The position numbers were made by a program, and so were the translations under genes. From NCBI RefSeq assembly GCF_000143415.4, contig NW_003314297.1, positions 1,518,890 through 1,582,889 on the forward strand: 64,000 nt of DNA, read 5' to 3'. The notes under the pieces are model-generated. The model searched no databases and was not told the origin of the DNA. It saw only the letters and a list, made by a program, of their open reading frames with translations. This document shows positions 25,602 through 37,612 of this stretch, one piece after another (positions within the stretch are counted from its first letter, which is position 1; the number at the start of each line of letters is the position of its first letter). The stretch is from Selaginella moellendorffii (lineage: Eukaryota > Plantae > Lycopodiophyta).

Positions 25602-26432
25602 ATGGGGAATCTCATGTCCTGCGTCCTAATCTGTGGAGCAGTCGAGGTCGTCCACGTCGTCCACTCGGACGGTCATGTGGAGCGGCTCATCCGGCCGCTG
25701 GATTCCTCCAAGGTTCGCAAGAATTCCAGCCACAAGCGCCTCAATTCCTCCTCCTTCTCCGGCTGCTCGCCCCCCCGGGCGGATCTCCTGAAATGCCTCT
25801 CCAATCTCGGCGGCAAGAGCTCCAGCGATGGCGCCGCCGTGGAATCGGAGCCCGGCCGCTCTTATCTTCTCCTCCCGATCACCAATGCCGATGATTCCAG
25901 CGGAGCTTTCCAGTACAAGCGCCTCTCCTCGTTCCAGTTCTACAAATCCGCGTTCCTCTCTCCCAAATCGAGCTCCTCATCCAAATCCCTGGTTGCCGCG
26001 CCGAAGGATAAGAATCAAACTCCCAGCGAGAAGAATGGTAAGACGCGGAGATCTCCCGGCGACGAGCACGACGATCGCAAGCTGCTGCTCAAGGATTCGT
26101 CGCAGCAGCCATTCAAGGTGAGGCAAGAAGGCGGCGTCACCAAGCTCGTCGTCTCCAAGAAATACTTGCAGCAGCTCCTCTCGGAGAGCAACGTGAAGAA
26201 ATCATCATCCTCGTCGTCATCGTCCTCGAAAGATCGTCACGATCATCGCGGCGGCGCTGCCCGTGCCACTCCGACCAATGGATCGTCCTCGTCCACCGCC
26301 CCGGCAGCTCTACCCGGCGCCGCTCCTCCGCGAGTCGGCAGGCCCGGGATCTGGCGCCCGGCGTTAGAGAGCATCTCGGAGGCGGCCGCCGCTGCCGCCG
26401 CGATCGCAGCCCACCATCCCCAAGAACCCTAA
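25602..26432 (+). CDS. PADRE/DUF4228 family protein, copy A (intronless)
   Basis: MGNLMSC myristoylation/palmitoylation-type start, VVHSDGHVE, PGRSYLLLP, VTKLVVSKKYL, WRPALESISE. Confidence 0.85.
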   Translation: MGNLMSCVLICGAVEVVHVVHSDGHVERLIRPLDSSKVRKNSSHKRLNSSSFSGCSPPRADLLKCLSNLGGKSSSDGAAVESEPGRSYLLLPITNADDSSGAFQYKRLSSFQFYKSAFLSPKSSSSSKSLVAAPKDKNQTPSEKNGKTRRSPGDEHDDRKLLLKDSSQQPFKVRQEGGVTKLVVSKKYLQQLLSESNVKKSSSSSSSSSKDRHDHRGGAARATPTNGSSSSTAPAALPGAAPPRVGRPGIWRPALESISEAAAAAAAIAAHHPQEP

Positions 26433-27501
26433 AAAACAGAGCATGTGTAAGATAGAACCCTAAAAAGCATAGTCATCCAAAAAGGTAACGAAGAGATAGA
26501 TTCCAGTTGTGGACATGAGGTGTCCCAAATAATCGCAGCAAGATCAGGCCTTGGGTCCCCTTGCTTTTTGATGTGGAAGGCTTGATTCACTCTCTTTTTT
26601 TTCCTGCCTTAAAGCTATGTGAATCATTTTTAGGTGGTGGTGAATATCTTGTGAAGCCAATGTGGTGATCTACTATAGTTGTTCTTCTAGAAGTCAATGA
26701 AGGCCAGTCATCAACCTTGACCATGTTTGACCGTGGAAGCTTTCAAGATCAACGGTCGCGATTTCAAGGCTGGCAAAAGCAGTGGCCTCTCAAGCCCAAT
26801 GCAGAATGCGCCAGTTCTGGGCCTGTGGATTTTTATTCTTTTATCCCGCCACTATCATGGCAAAGAGGTTGAAACATGAATTAATAAGAGTTGCCAGTCC
26901 AAAGACTTGGAAACAAAGAAGTGGAGTTGCCCCAGTTGAGCTCACTACCTGAAGTAGCCTGAGAGGAGAGAATAAAAAAGCTTGGATTGAGTGTAGCGTG
27001 CGCCCATCTTATTTTCTAGTGCCTTGTTTCCTCTTGCCTGATTAAAACCTCTCCCAGGCAACTAGGTGGAGTGCATCTCCCTCAGAAGAACACTAGAAAG
27101 GAAGATCACTGTTTCAATTTGGAGCGGCGGCCCCACGTTATAAATCTTCGTTGTTGTTCAAGGCTTGAATTCAAGCATCAATTTGGGGCTCGACAGTCAA
27201 AGGTATAATCTTGTGATTCCCTTTAACTTTGTGGAGAGAAATCTCGCTTGGCAGATGATTAATTGATTGTGGCCATTGAATTTTCCAACCGGCTTCGAAC
27301 CTTCCCACTTTAAATGATCCCCATTACCCATGCACGGCATTTGCTTGGTTTTTTGTTCTCTTTAGTACAAACAAACGTCCTTTCTCTCTATCAAGAGCAT
27401 CCTCTTGCTGCCCCATTTGCCCTTTAGCTATTTTAGAGGTGTGTTCCGTCGACCAATTTCTTAAAATACGAATCTTCTTGTGTTTCAAAGATTTGGACGC
27501 T

Positions 27502-29735
27502 ATGCAAGGCCCAACTTCGCGAGTGGTGAGTGCACCCAGCCCTCAGCCGGATGGGGCGATCAACTCACGCGATAAAAATCTGGACGAGCCAACCAAGTAC
27601 CAAATCGAAGTGGGCGAGGTAATTAAGTTGGCTTCCCAAGTTTCGATCTTAATCGTCCTGGCTTGGTCGCTCTCGCAGAAGAAAGGATGGCGAAAGGCGC
27701 TAGCGTTTCTCGGCCCCGGGTTCTTGGTGTGCATCGCCTACATCGATCCCGGAAACTGTAAGCTCTTGGAGAAAATCTGTGTGGCATGTCTCATGCGAGT
27801 TTTGTTTTTCCAGTCGAGAGCGATCTACAGTCGGGGGCAGAGTACAAATATGAAGTACCACCCAGACGATTGTTGAGAAGATCTCTGAAGTTTTTCTTGT
27901 TCTTGTTTGTGTGGTCAGCTGCTCTGGATCATCCTGGTGGCATCCGTGTCGGCGCTTATCATTCAATCGCTGGCGGCAAACCTGGGAGTTGTCACAGGCA
28001 AACATTTGGCGGAACACTGCAGAACAGAGTACCCCAAGGCCGTCAATTATGTGTTATGGCTGCTCGCGGAGGTTTCCGTGATCGCTGCCGACATTCCCGA
28101 AGGTATAGCCACTCGATCGATTGATTGCTCTCGATCAACGAAAATTTCTAACCATCTCTCTCGGAAAAACCGATCCAGTCATTGGCACTGCATTCGCGCT
28201 CAACATTCTCGTGAAAATCCCCATCTGGATTGGAGTGATTCTCACCGGATTCAGTACCCTGCTGCTGCTGGCCCTCCAGACTTACGGGGTAGGGACGATT
28301 GATTCTTCTCTTACAGTCGGATCTTTTCCCTTTGCATGGCTCATGACAAACGATGACTTTCCAGGTGAGGAAGCTGGAATTCGTGATCACGGGCCTGGTG
28401 ATGACAATGACGGTGTGCTTTTTCGCGGAGCTCGGCTACGCAAAGCCGGATTCCAAGGAGCTGCTCAGGGGAATGTTTGTGCCGCAGCTGCGAGGCAACG
28501 GCGCCACCGCGCTGGCGATCTCTCTGCTGGGAGCGATGATCATGCCCCACAATCTCTACTTGCACTCGGCCATCGTGCTCACCCGCAAGATCTCGCGCAC
28601 GCCCAGGGGATTGAAGGAGGCGTGCCGGTTCTGCTTGTTTGAGAGCGGGTTCGCGCTCTTTTTTGCCTTCCTTATCAACGTCTGTGTCATCTCCGTGAGC
28701 GGCGCCATTTGCTCCAACCCGGGCATCTCCCAGGAGAACAAGGACAAGTGTGACAACTTGGATCTCAACGAGGCATCCTTCTTGCTCCAGGTGATTGAAT
28801 TCGTCCATCCCCATCCACAAAACTTCGCTATAATACTCGTTGATCTTTTCAATCCAGAATGTGCTTGGGAGATTCTCCAAGATTCTTTTTGGAATCGCTC
28901 TGCTTGCTTCCGGTCAGAGCTCCACGATCACCGGAACCTACGCTGGACAATACGTCATGCAGGTGTGACTTGTTCTTGCCAGGATTTCTTACGTTTCTTC
29001 CAATTTAGGGTTTCTTGCACCTCCGGTTCAAGCCATGGATCCGCAACCTCATGACTCGAGCAGTGGCGATCGTCCCGAGTTTGATTGTTGCACTGATTGG
29101 AGGATCAAGAGCGGCTGGAAACCTGATCATTGTGTGCTCGGTAAGGAACCTCGTTTTCAAAGCTTTCAAACATTGTTTAACATTTGGATGCCAACTTTAT
29201 TATGCAGATGATTCTATCGTTTGTCCTGCCGTTTGTCCTCATCCCAATGCTCAAGTTCACGGGAAGTAAAGTGAAAATGGGCCCATATGCAAATTCTTGG
29301 ATAGTAAGTTACAAAATCCCCGCGGAAAATCTTGTCTAATCTCCTCTAATTTTACAGATTACCGTAATCACGTGGGGAATTGGTGGCGGAGTGATGGCCA
29401 TCAACGTGTGGTACCTGAGCTCCTCGTTCACCAAGTGGCTCATTCACGGCTCCATGGTTATGGGAGGAAAGGTGGTGCTCGGCATTTGCGTTTACGCGAC
29501 GATCTTATTGTACATGGCGCTGGTGGCGTACCTCACGCTCCGGATCGACAGGGAGAATACGTACTGCGCCGAGGACGACAAGGAGCCCGTGGACACCACC
29601 ACCGCGCTGGAATTAGGGTTTAAGAGCGTCGAGCAAGCCCAGGCGGAGCAGCAACAGAACCACACTTGCCACGCGCTTCCGCGAGACGATATCGTGGAAT
29701 TGCAATTGCCAAGGAATTCCGCAAGCAGCCGATAA
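27502..29735 (+). CDS. NRAMP: NRAMP divalent metal transporter, copy A (NRAMP1/6-type)
   Basis: [60 protein letters not shown]. Confidence 0.96.

Positions 29736-29737
<2 letters not shown>

Positions 29738-29772
<35 letters not shown>
29738..29772. repeat. (CT)17 microsatellite immediately after the NRAMP-A stop
   Basis: Direct read. Confidence 0.95.
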
Positions 29773-29775
<3 letters not shown>

Positions 29776-29847
29776 TTTGGTGTAACAAACAATCGATCGC
29801 CAAGTTTATAAAGAAAGCGGGTTCATTCTTGTCTAGGGTTTATCTCC

Positions 29848-32800
29848 ATGGAGCTCGCGCCGGCGATTCTGGGATCCAATTCCGCGGCACCGCAGGCTCC
29901 GCAAGATCGCCAGCTCGCGAAGCAGTCGGAGCTCCTCCAGTCATTCTTCGGCATTCCAAGCATCGACAAGGCCTGGGCGAGTCCATCGCCGCGAGGTAAA
30001 TTCTTCTCGACATCTTCAATGCCAAGGATTGGATTGTCATGGAAAGATGCGCAGGGAATGGCTTGGATGTGGTGGTGGCGATGAGCCAGATCGACCTCCC
30101 AGGAAATGCGAAGCGGAATTTCATGTCGCATCTCTACCTTCCCGAGGCGGGGCACGGTCTGGATCCGGCTACGAATTGCCACTGGTCGCCATTCCCGATT
30201 CAACTGACCGGGGCTTCTCTCGTAGTACCATCCCCGTCTGGTAGCAAGGTCTTGGTAGTATGTAACACAGAGCCTGCAAGCAAGGATAGTCCTTGCTCGG
30301 TGAAGCTACAGATATGGGGACCAATGCAGCTTCTAAAGGAAGTCCACGTCCCAAGTAAGCTCCACGGATCCGTCTACACGGATGGATGGTAAGTTCCTTT
30401 CATCTTTTCCTTGCAATCTTAGATTTCCTATTGCTTGACAGGTTTGAAGGTGTTTCATGGAGTCACGACGAGAGATTTATAGCTTATGTTGCCGAGGAAC
30501 CACCTGTTGATCGTCAAGTATTTGGTCAGGCTATGGGCAAGGATGGACAAAAGCAGGAAGGCGAGGCCGGGACTTGGAAAGGCCAAGGTGACTGGGTGGA
30601 GGACTGGGGGGAGTGTTACGCTGGGAAACGCCGGCCTTTGATATACGTCGCTGACACCAACAGGTAGATTACGTTCAAGTGCTTGCGATTTGACTGTTGA
30701 GTGTTCAGTGGCTCTGTGCAGGCTGTCGAGGGGATTCCGCAAGATTTGAGTGCTGGACAGGTTGTATGGGCTCCTTCAAGCAGTGAAGGAACTCAGTACT
30801 TGGTGTTTGTAGCATGGTCATCTTTCGCCGACAATTTCAAAACTCCTAGAAAGCTTGGTATGAAGTATTGCTACAACAGGCCATGCGCGCTCTATGCTAC
30901 TGCAGCTCCTATGTTTGGCAGGTCAGAAAGCTCATTTGTACTCTAAACCGCTAAAGGTTTGTGAGTCACAGTCATTCTTCGGATCGAAGCCCAGGAGCAC
31001 CACTCAAGCTGACAGCAACAATCAGTAGTGCATTTTCACCACGTTTCAGGTTCGTAGCTCATTGATATTTGCAGCTTGTGTTATTTCCTTCGTATGTACA
31101 GTCCAGATGGAGAATTTCTTGTTTTCTTGTCTGCAAAGGCTGCTGTAGATAGTGGCGCCCACTGTGCTACAAACTCTCTGCATTGCGTAAAATGGTCAGG
31201 AGGTGATAGTCTTGGCACTCTTCCACCGGCGAGAGATGTTGTAAGTCATATTGGTCTTTTCGATTGATTGATGAACTCTCTTCTTTAATAGGTACCTGTT
31301 ATTTCTCGACCCGACGCCAAAGGCTTCCCTGGCCTATACTGCTCGACTTTTCTTTCGCATCCATGGCTGTATGACAACCGTACTCTGCTTTTAACGTCAG
31401 CATGGCGAAGTACACAAGTTATAGTCTCTGTGAACCTCGAAAGGTATGCTGGTTTCAATCGATATATTAGCTCATCAGCTTTCGCCATCTGTAGCGGGGA
31501 GGTTTTAAGGTTAACGCCTGAGGATTCAATCAGCTCCTGGAGCCTTCTGTCTGTTTTTAAAAATAATCTTCTGGCCGGTACGTGAGACTCACTCTGATGA
31601 ATGCTGTATTCACAAAGCTTAGTAGTGTGAGCAGTAGCGAGCAATCCAGGGTCTCCTCCGGATTTAAAAATTGCGTACTGCTCTAGTATGGAAAAGATTT
31701 CGGACGCTGCTTTTCAGTGGTCCGATATTCCTACACCCGTAGAACACACGGAAGAGGTGGAGTAGTTACTATTTATAAAATGCATAACTAGCTTCTAGAT
31801 GTACAGGTACAATCTATCTTATCGTCAATCTCGTCGAGGATTTTACAGATCCCTGTTCCCAGTTCAGACGGAAACGAAATTCTTCCACAAGGTTCGCATT
31901 ACCGTTTTGTCTAGAAGACTCTTACACGCCATTGTGGCATGAAGGGGCTAAGGATCCGTTCGAAGCTGTTTTTGTTAGTCCAGGAGAAGTTAAAGAAGGC
32001 TCAGAACCCCCACCACTTGTTTTAGTTCTTCACGGAGGACCTCATTCTGTATCACTGACCGGGTTCTCAAGAAATTATGCGTTTCTCGTAGGACTGGGGT
32101 TCAGTTTACTTCATGTAAACTACAGGTAGGCTTTAAAGTTTTGTTTGCTATAAACCTGAGCGCTATGGCAGGGGATCTTTGGGCTTTGGTGAGGAAGCAC
32201 TTCAGTGCTTGTTAGGCAACATTGGTCGGCGGGTATGACTCTCTTGCTATATCTGACACTTGCCAACTTTTTTCTTATCAGGATGTCAACGACGTACTCA
32301 CGGCACTGGATGTGGTTCTTGCGGAAGGGCTTGCCAAGCCAGACAAAGTCGCCGTTGTGGGTGGTTCGCATGGTGGGTTTTTGACGTCCCATTTAATTGG
32401 ACAGGTAAGGTTTTCATCTCATTCGATTTCATTTGATTTGAGCTTTTCTTGTTTAGGCGCCAGGTCGATTCGTTACTGGAATAGTACGGAATCCCGTGTG
32501 CAACATTTCCTCGATGGTGGGAATAACCGACATACCCGATTGGTGTTATATGGAATCTTATGGAAAAGCTGGTTTGGACTTGTACGATGAAGCACCTTCG
32601 GTGAAGCACTTGGGAGCTTTTTATCAAGCGTCTCCAATAGCACACGTTGACAAGGTGACTTTTTGGTATCGATTTTTTCCTTACAGTAACCATTGCATAA
32701 CAGGTTCAAGTACCAACAATGTTTCTACTTGGTGCACAGGATCGGAGAGTGCCAGTGTCAAACGGTCTCCAGGTACACTACAATATGTTCTATGAAGTAA

Positions 32801-33011
32801 CGTGCTCATACTAAACGCTTCAGTATGCACAAGCACTAAGAGCTCGAGGACTGGAAGTTAAGGTTATTGTCTTTCCAGATGACATTCATGCTATCGATCG
32901 GTATGATATCGATATTCTTTTAAAGTTTCTATAACATATATTACCTGCAGGCCGCAATCAGATTTCGAGAGTTTTGTCAACATTGGAGCTTGGCTAAAGA
33001 GATTCACATAG
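29848..33011 (+). CDS. AARE: Acylamino-acid-releasing enzyme (peptidase S9C)
   Basis: HGSVYTDGWFEGVSW, EDWGE, LHGGPHS, VNYRGSLGFG, GGSHGGFL nucleophile, RNPV, DRRVP, DIHAIDRPQSDFE. Confidence 0.96.
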
Positions 33012-33346
33012 AGGCTGGCAGCTTTCAGTTCGAAAACTTATAAAAGAACCATGTCTCAACCCAAGCTGCGGCAGCATGGCTTTGTCAGATTCAAGCTGAT
33101 ATGCCGCTAGTTCTCTAATTTGAACACTGTCATCGATCACCTATAATTACACCACTACACATATAGGGTGTAAACTCGAGCTAAGACCCATAGTGAAGCA
33201 GCAACTGGTGCTTGTCCTGTGGGACGGGGTGTTGTCCGGAAACGCTCCGGGGCTCCGGTGAAAGCAAGAAACCATAATTGTTAATTAGTTGGAGCAATAA
33301 TTCCTCAAAATAAGTGAATTTTCTTTAAAAGGCGTCACAGTTCAAA

Positions 33347-35740
33347 TCAAGCTAGATAGTTCAAGAGCTTCCGCAGCCTCTCGATCTTGGCACCTGAGTT
33401 CTCTATCCTCAGACGCTCAAGCCTTGGGTTTAGTCTTCGGCGTTTGTTTTCTTTCTCGTCTTCTTCGTCTTCGTCTTCATCCATTTCATCATCCGTTTCA
33501 TTGCTGCTACTCACCTCGTCATCTTCATTACGTGATAAATAGCAAATTTTAGCATTGATCACCTTCTTCAACCCATCTCTAGCAACGTCGTCCCATGACT
33601 TGCGATTATAGTCTTTTTCATCCTCCAAAAGTTTAGAACGACCACTTCTCACACGCTTTACTATACTTTCCACTATTTCCTTATTGCCCAGCCAAATTGC
33701 AACTTCAGCCATATGACTATTATGTACGAGTGCTCGTGACAAAAGTTCCGAGAAGAGCTTCAAGCCGAATAGCCCTTCTGCTCGTTTCATTGTCACCACT
33801 GTATACTCTAACCTCATATCTGTCACTTTCTTCACAGCATCATGGAACTTCTCGTCGAAAGCCAAGATCAGCACATGCGCATCATCATTCTCAATCTCAC
33901 TAAGCCCTCCATAGATTTCTTCGAAGTCAACATCCTTGATGAATCTCTTCTTTGCGAAGACCATTGCAGCATTGTGACACCCTCCATACTCGAGCTCCAA
34001 AACAACCATTCCCAGAAATTGTTTCCTTCCTTTCTGCTGGAGCTCAGCCAGCTTTTCCTTCTTGTTTATCACTGTTTCGCTGCGGGAAGTTGGATAGTAA
34101 ATGGACCTATATCCTCTTTGATTGTCAGAGTCTCCCAGAACTCTTCGATGCGAGGAAAGCTGCGCTCTCCCCACTTTTTGACTACCTGCACCAAGCAGCT
34201 ATTGGGAAAGAACTCAAGTGTGGGTGCGATACCCAGAATCTTCCATGCTTCATCTTCACGTCCAGTCTCGACAAACACGCTCAGCAAATCTATCAAGAAC
34301 AAGTAGTTCTTGCAGACTTTCTCCTCCGCCAAGAGCTTCTGTCACAGAAGCTCTTGCACAGAAGTTCTGTGCAAAAACTATAGCCGCCTCCTGCAAGCCA
34401 CTCTCACACAGATGCTTGGCAAAGCTTACAATCCCATGGCCCTTATCTTCCTTTTGCAATAGTCCCTCAATCACCCCGCTGCCATCCATACTTTTGGTAC
34501 CATGGCAACCATAGCCTGCGCTCCTGTATTCATGAGCGCCCACTTCTTCATGACCGAAAAGGCTAGTTGTGTTTGACGCAAAACTCTAGCAGAATACTTG
34601 TCTCCTTGGAGTCTGACAAAGCATCCACGTATCGCTCTAAATCCCCACTCGTCCGGCCCGGCTCGCGCTTGTGCTGCTCCTCGAGCCAGTTCACTACACC
34701 TCTGACTGACTGTGTGGCACACAGCACCTCGATTCTGCAATCCTTGAGCCACACAACCAGAGCAGCGGTGTGATAGAACGAGTTTGTATCGCCGCCATAG
34801 TTGCCATTGTATGGCTCATTCTCCTTCTCGTCTGGTGACCTGCCAAAAGGATCAACCTCACTGTTCTCGTCCCTCATAACCTGTTTCTCTTGTGAAGTGC
34901 TCCAGTTTTTTATCGTCTATTGTTGTCCAGTTCCCCACACTGTAGTCAGTCTCGAATGTGTTAAACACACGGTTCGAGGTGGTGTGCTTCACAAGCATGC
35001 AGAGAAGGACGTCCAGAAAGCCAATGCAGCTCAGCACAAGCGCTGCCACAACCCTGTCGTGTCCCTTGAGCCCCACAAAGCTCAAGCTGTTGTTCGAGTA
35101 CTTATGGCTCCGCGGAATCGCAAGAATCGGTGATGACACGTCTTTCATTTCCTCGGCCCATTCTTTCAGCTGTCTTTGAACGCCCCTGAGAGCTGACAAG
35201 TCACATCTATAAATTGTGCGTTGCTCCTAACAAGGCTAAACACAAGGCAGAGCCTTGTCCCGCTCGTCACTTCGGTCAGCTTGTGTTCACAATCGCAGAA
35301 GACCGTCTGAAAATACCTCGTCTTCGAATCAGCACCAGAGAAATCAAAAGTGACACTCTTCTTCCCGTGACGCATCTCCAGTTGGCCACCCTCATGCCCG
35401 GACTCTGTTGGTAGCTGCAAGATCACATGCCGTCGCCACCCTGCTCATAGAGCAGGAGCTTATACAGACGCACATCCAAGCCAAGCGCAGCAGCGTCGAT
35501 CCCCAGCTTTTCCATCGCAGGAACAGCCCTTTGAGAATAAGTGGGCAACTCACCTCGGACGCCTCCACTTGCCATGTGCAGCGGACGTCGGTGTCGAGCA
35601 GGGTGTGCTCGCCCCTTGAGCTTGAGAAAGCCATCGCCGGAGAGAGGCAGGGCGAGATCTCCAGCGCCCTCCACTCGCAAGGAGGTGGGCATGGCAAACT
35701 TGCTTGTATCAACCTCCTTTGGCATAGTTTGGGCGGGCAT
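33347..35740 (-). pseudogene. Intronless 2OG-Fe(II) oxygenase-domain gene of fungal/bacterial type, multiply frameshifted
   Basis: LDTDVRCTWQV, LYKLLLYEQGG, LQLPTESGHEGGQL.MRH, DCEHKLTEVTSGTRLCLVFSL, HKYSNNSLSFVGLKGHDR, YNGNYG..FYHTAALVVW split across frames. Confidence 0.75.
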
Positions 35741-36613
35741 AGAAAAAGTATCACCAAATTATATTATTTATTGATATATAATTATAAACACAAGATTAAT
35801 CTTTATATATAATAACTATTAGATTATGGCATGTAAAACTATAACCAAAAACTACAAAATACAATTGGTGACACTGAGGATAATGGAAGTCAATTGAAGA
35901 CAATTGACAAACAAAGACCTACTAGTCTATACGGCTAGCCAAAAAATTCATCCAAAGGTATAATCCTGCCATATAACTTTGCACTGGTGGTGTTGGCCAA
36001 CTCACCACAGCCTAAATTGCATGATGGGCCATGAGTTGGTTGCTTTACAACTTTGCATTGGTAACATTAATATTGTGAATATGATTGCAGATATTGAAAG
36101 TTATCCATGGATGAGTCTTTTTGGATATTTTTCTTTTACTAACACAATGGTAAAAAGATTGATATTGTTAGTTCGCTTTGATAATTTCTCTTGTTCAAGT
36201 GTTAATAAATTTAACTTAGCATATTTACTTAGCCAAATGAACATAGAGAAGGAATTTTTAGTTTTCTATTTAACCAAACATAATTGACTTTGTTTTGCAC
36301 TAACTTGTATTAAGCATTAGTCTGTCAATAGCAGTATGTAATAACTTACCATGTTTATTAAACACCTTTACTATCATGCCCTATATGTTAGTCTAGTTTA
36401 ATTTTATTGACTATTATGGACAGTACTACTAGTGAGTATATTTATCAAATGTAAAATTTATCTTAAACACAATAGTATGATAAATAAGTGGGGTGAAGTG
36501 TTTAAAAGCCATTTCTAACTCATTCAAGAGATCAAATGATTAATGCTCCCAATTCAAATGTGAGTGTTATTACATATATGGATACCTTACATGATTTATC
36601 AGAATCTCACTTT

Positions 36614-36702
36614 AGAGGTGGGGAGAGTATTGTAACACATGTGATCATGGGATGAAATTTAGATATACTATCACTATGAATCATTGAAACTTTGGGGGAT
36701 AA
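36614..36702 (+). mobile_element. Polypurine tract plus LTR start (TGTAACA)
   Basis: AGAGGTGGGGAGAG then TGTAACA at 36631; the next ~70 bp recur at 39271. Confidence 0.55.
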
Positions 36703-36883
36703 TAATACTTAGTAGATGAGGTTTTGCACCTTGACCCAATAACAATATTGGTGAGTATTGCCATAAATAAATAAATATTTGATAGAGATCAAAGAAAGGA
36801 TATTAGAGGATCCTACATCTTAGGGCATTTTAATGGTGCTAAAGAGTGGTCATAAGATATGACCACACTTGGGATAAATGACT

Positions 36884-37121
36884 TAATCTTTGAGAGATGG
36901 GTTTATAGTTTAAGATTACTATTGAGACAATGAGAATCTTTGAGAGAGATGGGTTTGTATTTTAGGATTCTATTGAGACAATGAAAATCTTTGAAAGCTT
37001 TGAGGATTACTATTTTTTGAGAGAGATGGGTTTATAGTCTAGGATTACTATTGACACAATAAGAATCTTTGAGAGCTTTAAGGATTACTATTGAGATAGT
37101 GAAAATCTTTGAGAGCTTTGA
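36884..37121. repeat. 40-50 bp minisatellite, ~5-6 imperfect units
   Basis: Recurrent AATCTTTGAGAG(ATGGGTTTATAG/CTTT)..GGATTACTATTGAGACAATG. Confidence 0.85.
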
Positions 37122-37164
37122 ATGTTTGTAATGGAACTCAAAGGTAATATAGCTTAAATGTTAT

Positions 37165-37612
37165 TGTAAATTCTTGAGTTTGGACTTCCCGGGAGGTCAC
37201 TCAGCTAAATATTATTCAAACCCAAGGACATTTAACCCTAAATATCCTAAAACCCTTAACTGATTGAAAAAGAGGGTGTTATGGGCCCTTTTCCTCTATA
37301 TTTAAACCCTTATAAATTGTATTTCAAAATGTTCATTTTAGTTGCTTATAGCCATCTTTAACATTTTAACAAATACCCTAAGTTAAGATAAAGACTCATA
37401 GAGGTTATGAGTGAGACTTCTCCAAATAGTAAAAAATATAACAAAGTAAAATAAAATTGAAATTTTAGTTATTTATACTTCCTTGACATCCCTAAAGTCC
37501 ATGCTAAGGCTATTACCTTTATATTATGCCCTAAGACTATCATTAACTTAATAGTCTCGAACTCAAACTTTGTAATCTCTTAGATTTGGATTTTTTAGGA
37601 GGTCACCCATCA
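37165..37612 (-). mobile_element. Pair of 5S-rRNA-derived direct repeats bounded by TGTAA (Cassandra-like TRIM remnant)
   Basis: 37182-37236 is the reverse complement of the 5S internal control region (GGACTTCCCGGGAGGTCAC exact); second copy GGATTTTTTAGGAGGTCACCCATC at 37588; each starts 17 nt after a TGTAA (37165, 37571). Confidence 0.62.

Noticed and set aside
26715-26769. Imperfect hairpin between PADRE-A and NRAMP-A
   Set aside because: Short interrupted stems within chance expectation
36884-37121. CRISPR-like array
   Set aside because: Eukaryotic minisatellite with no unique spacers and no cas genes
37182-37236. Functional 5S rRNA gene
   Set aside because: Both termini missing, many deamination changes, no array
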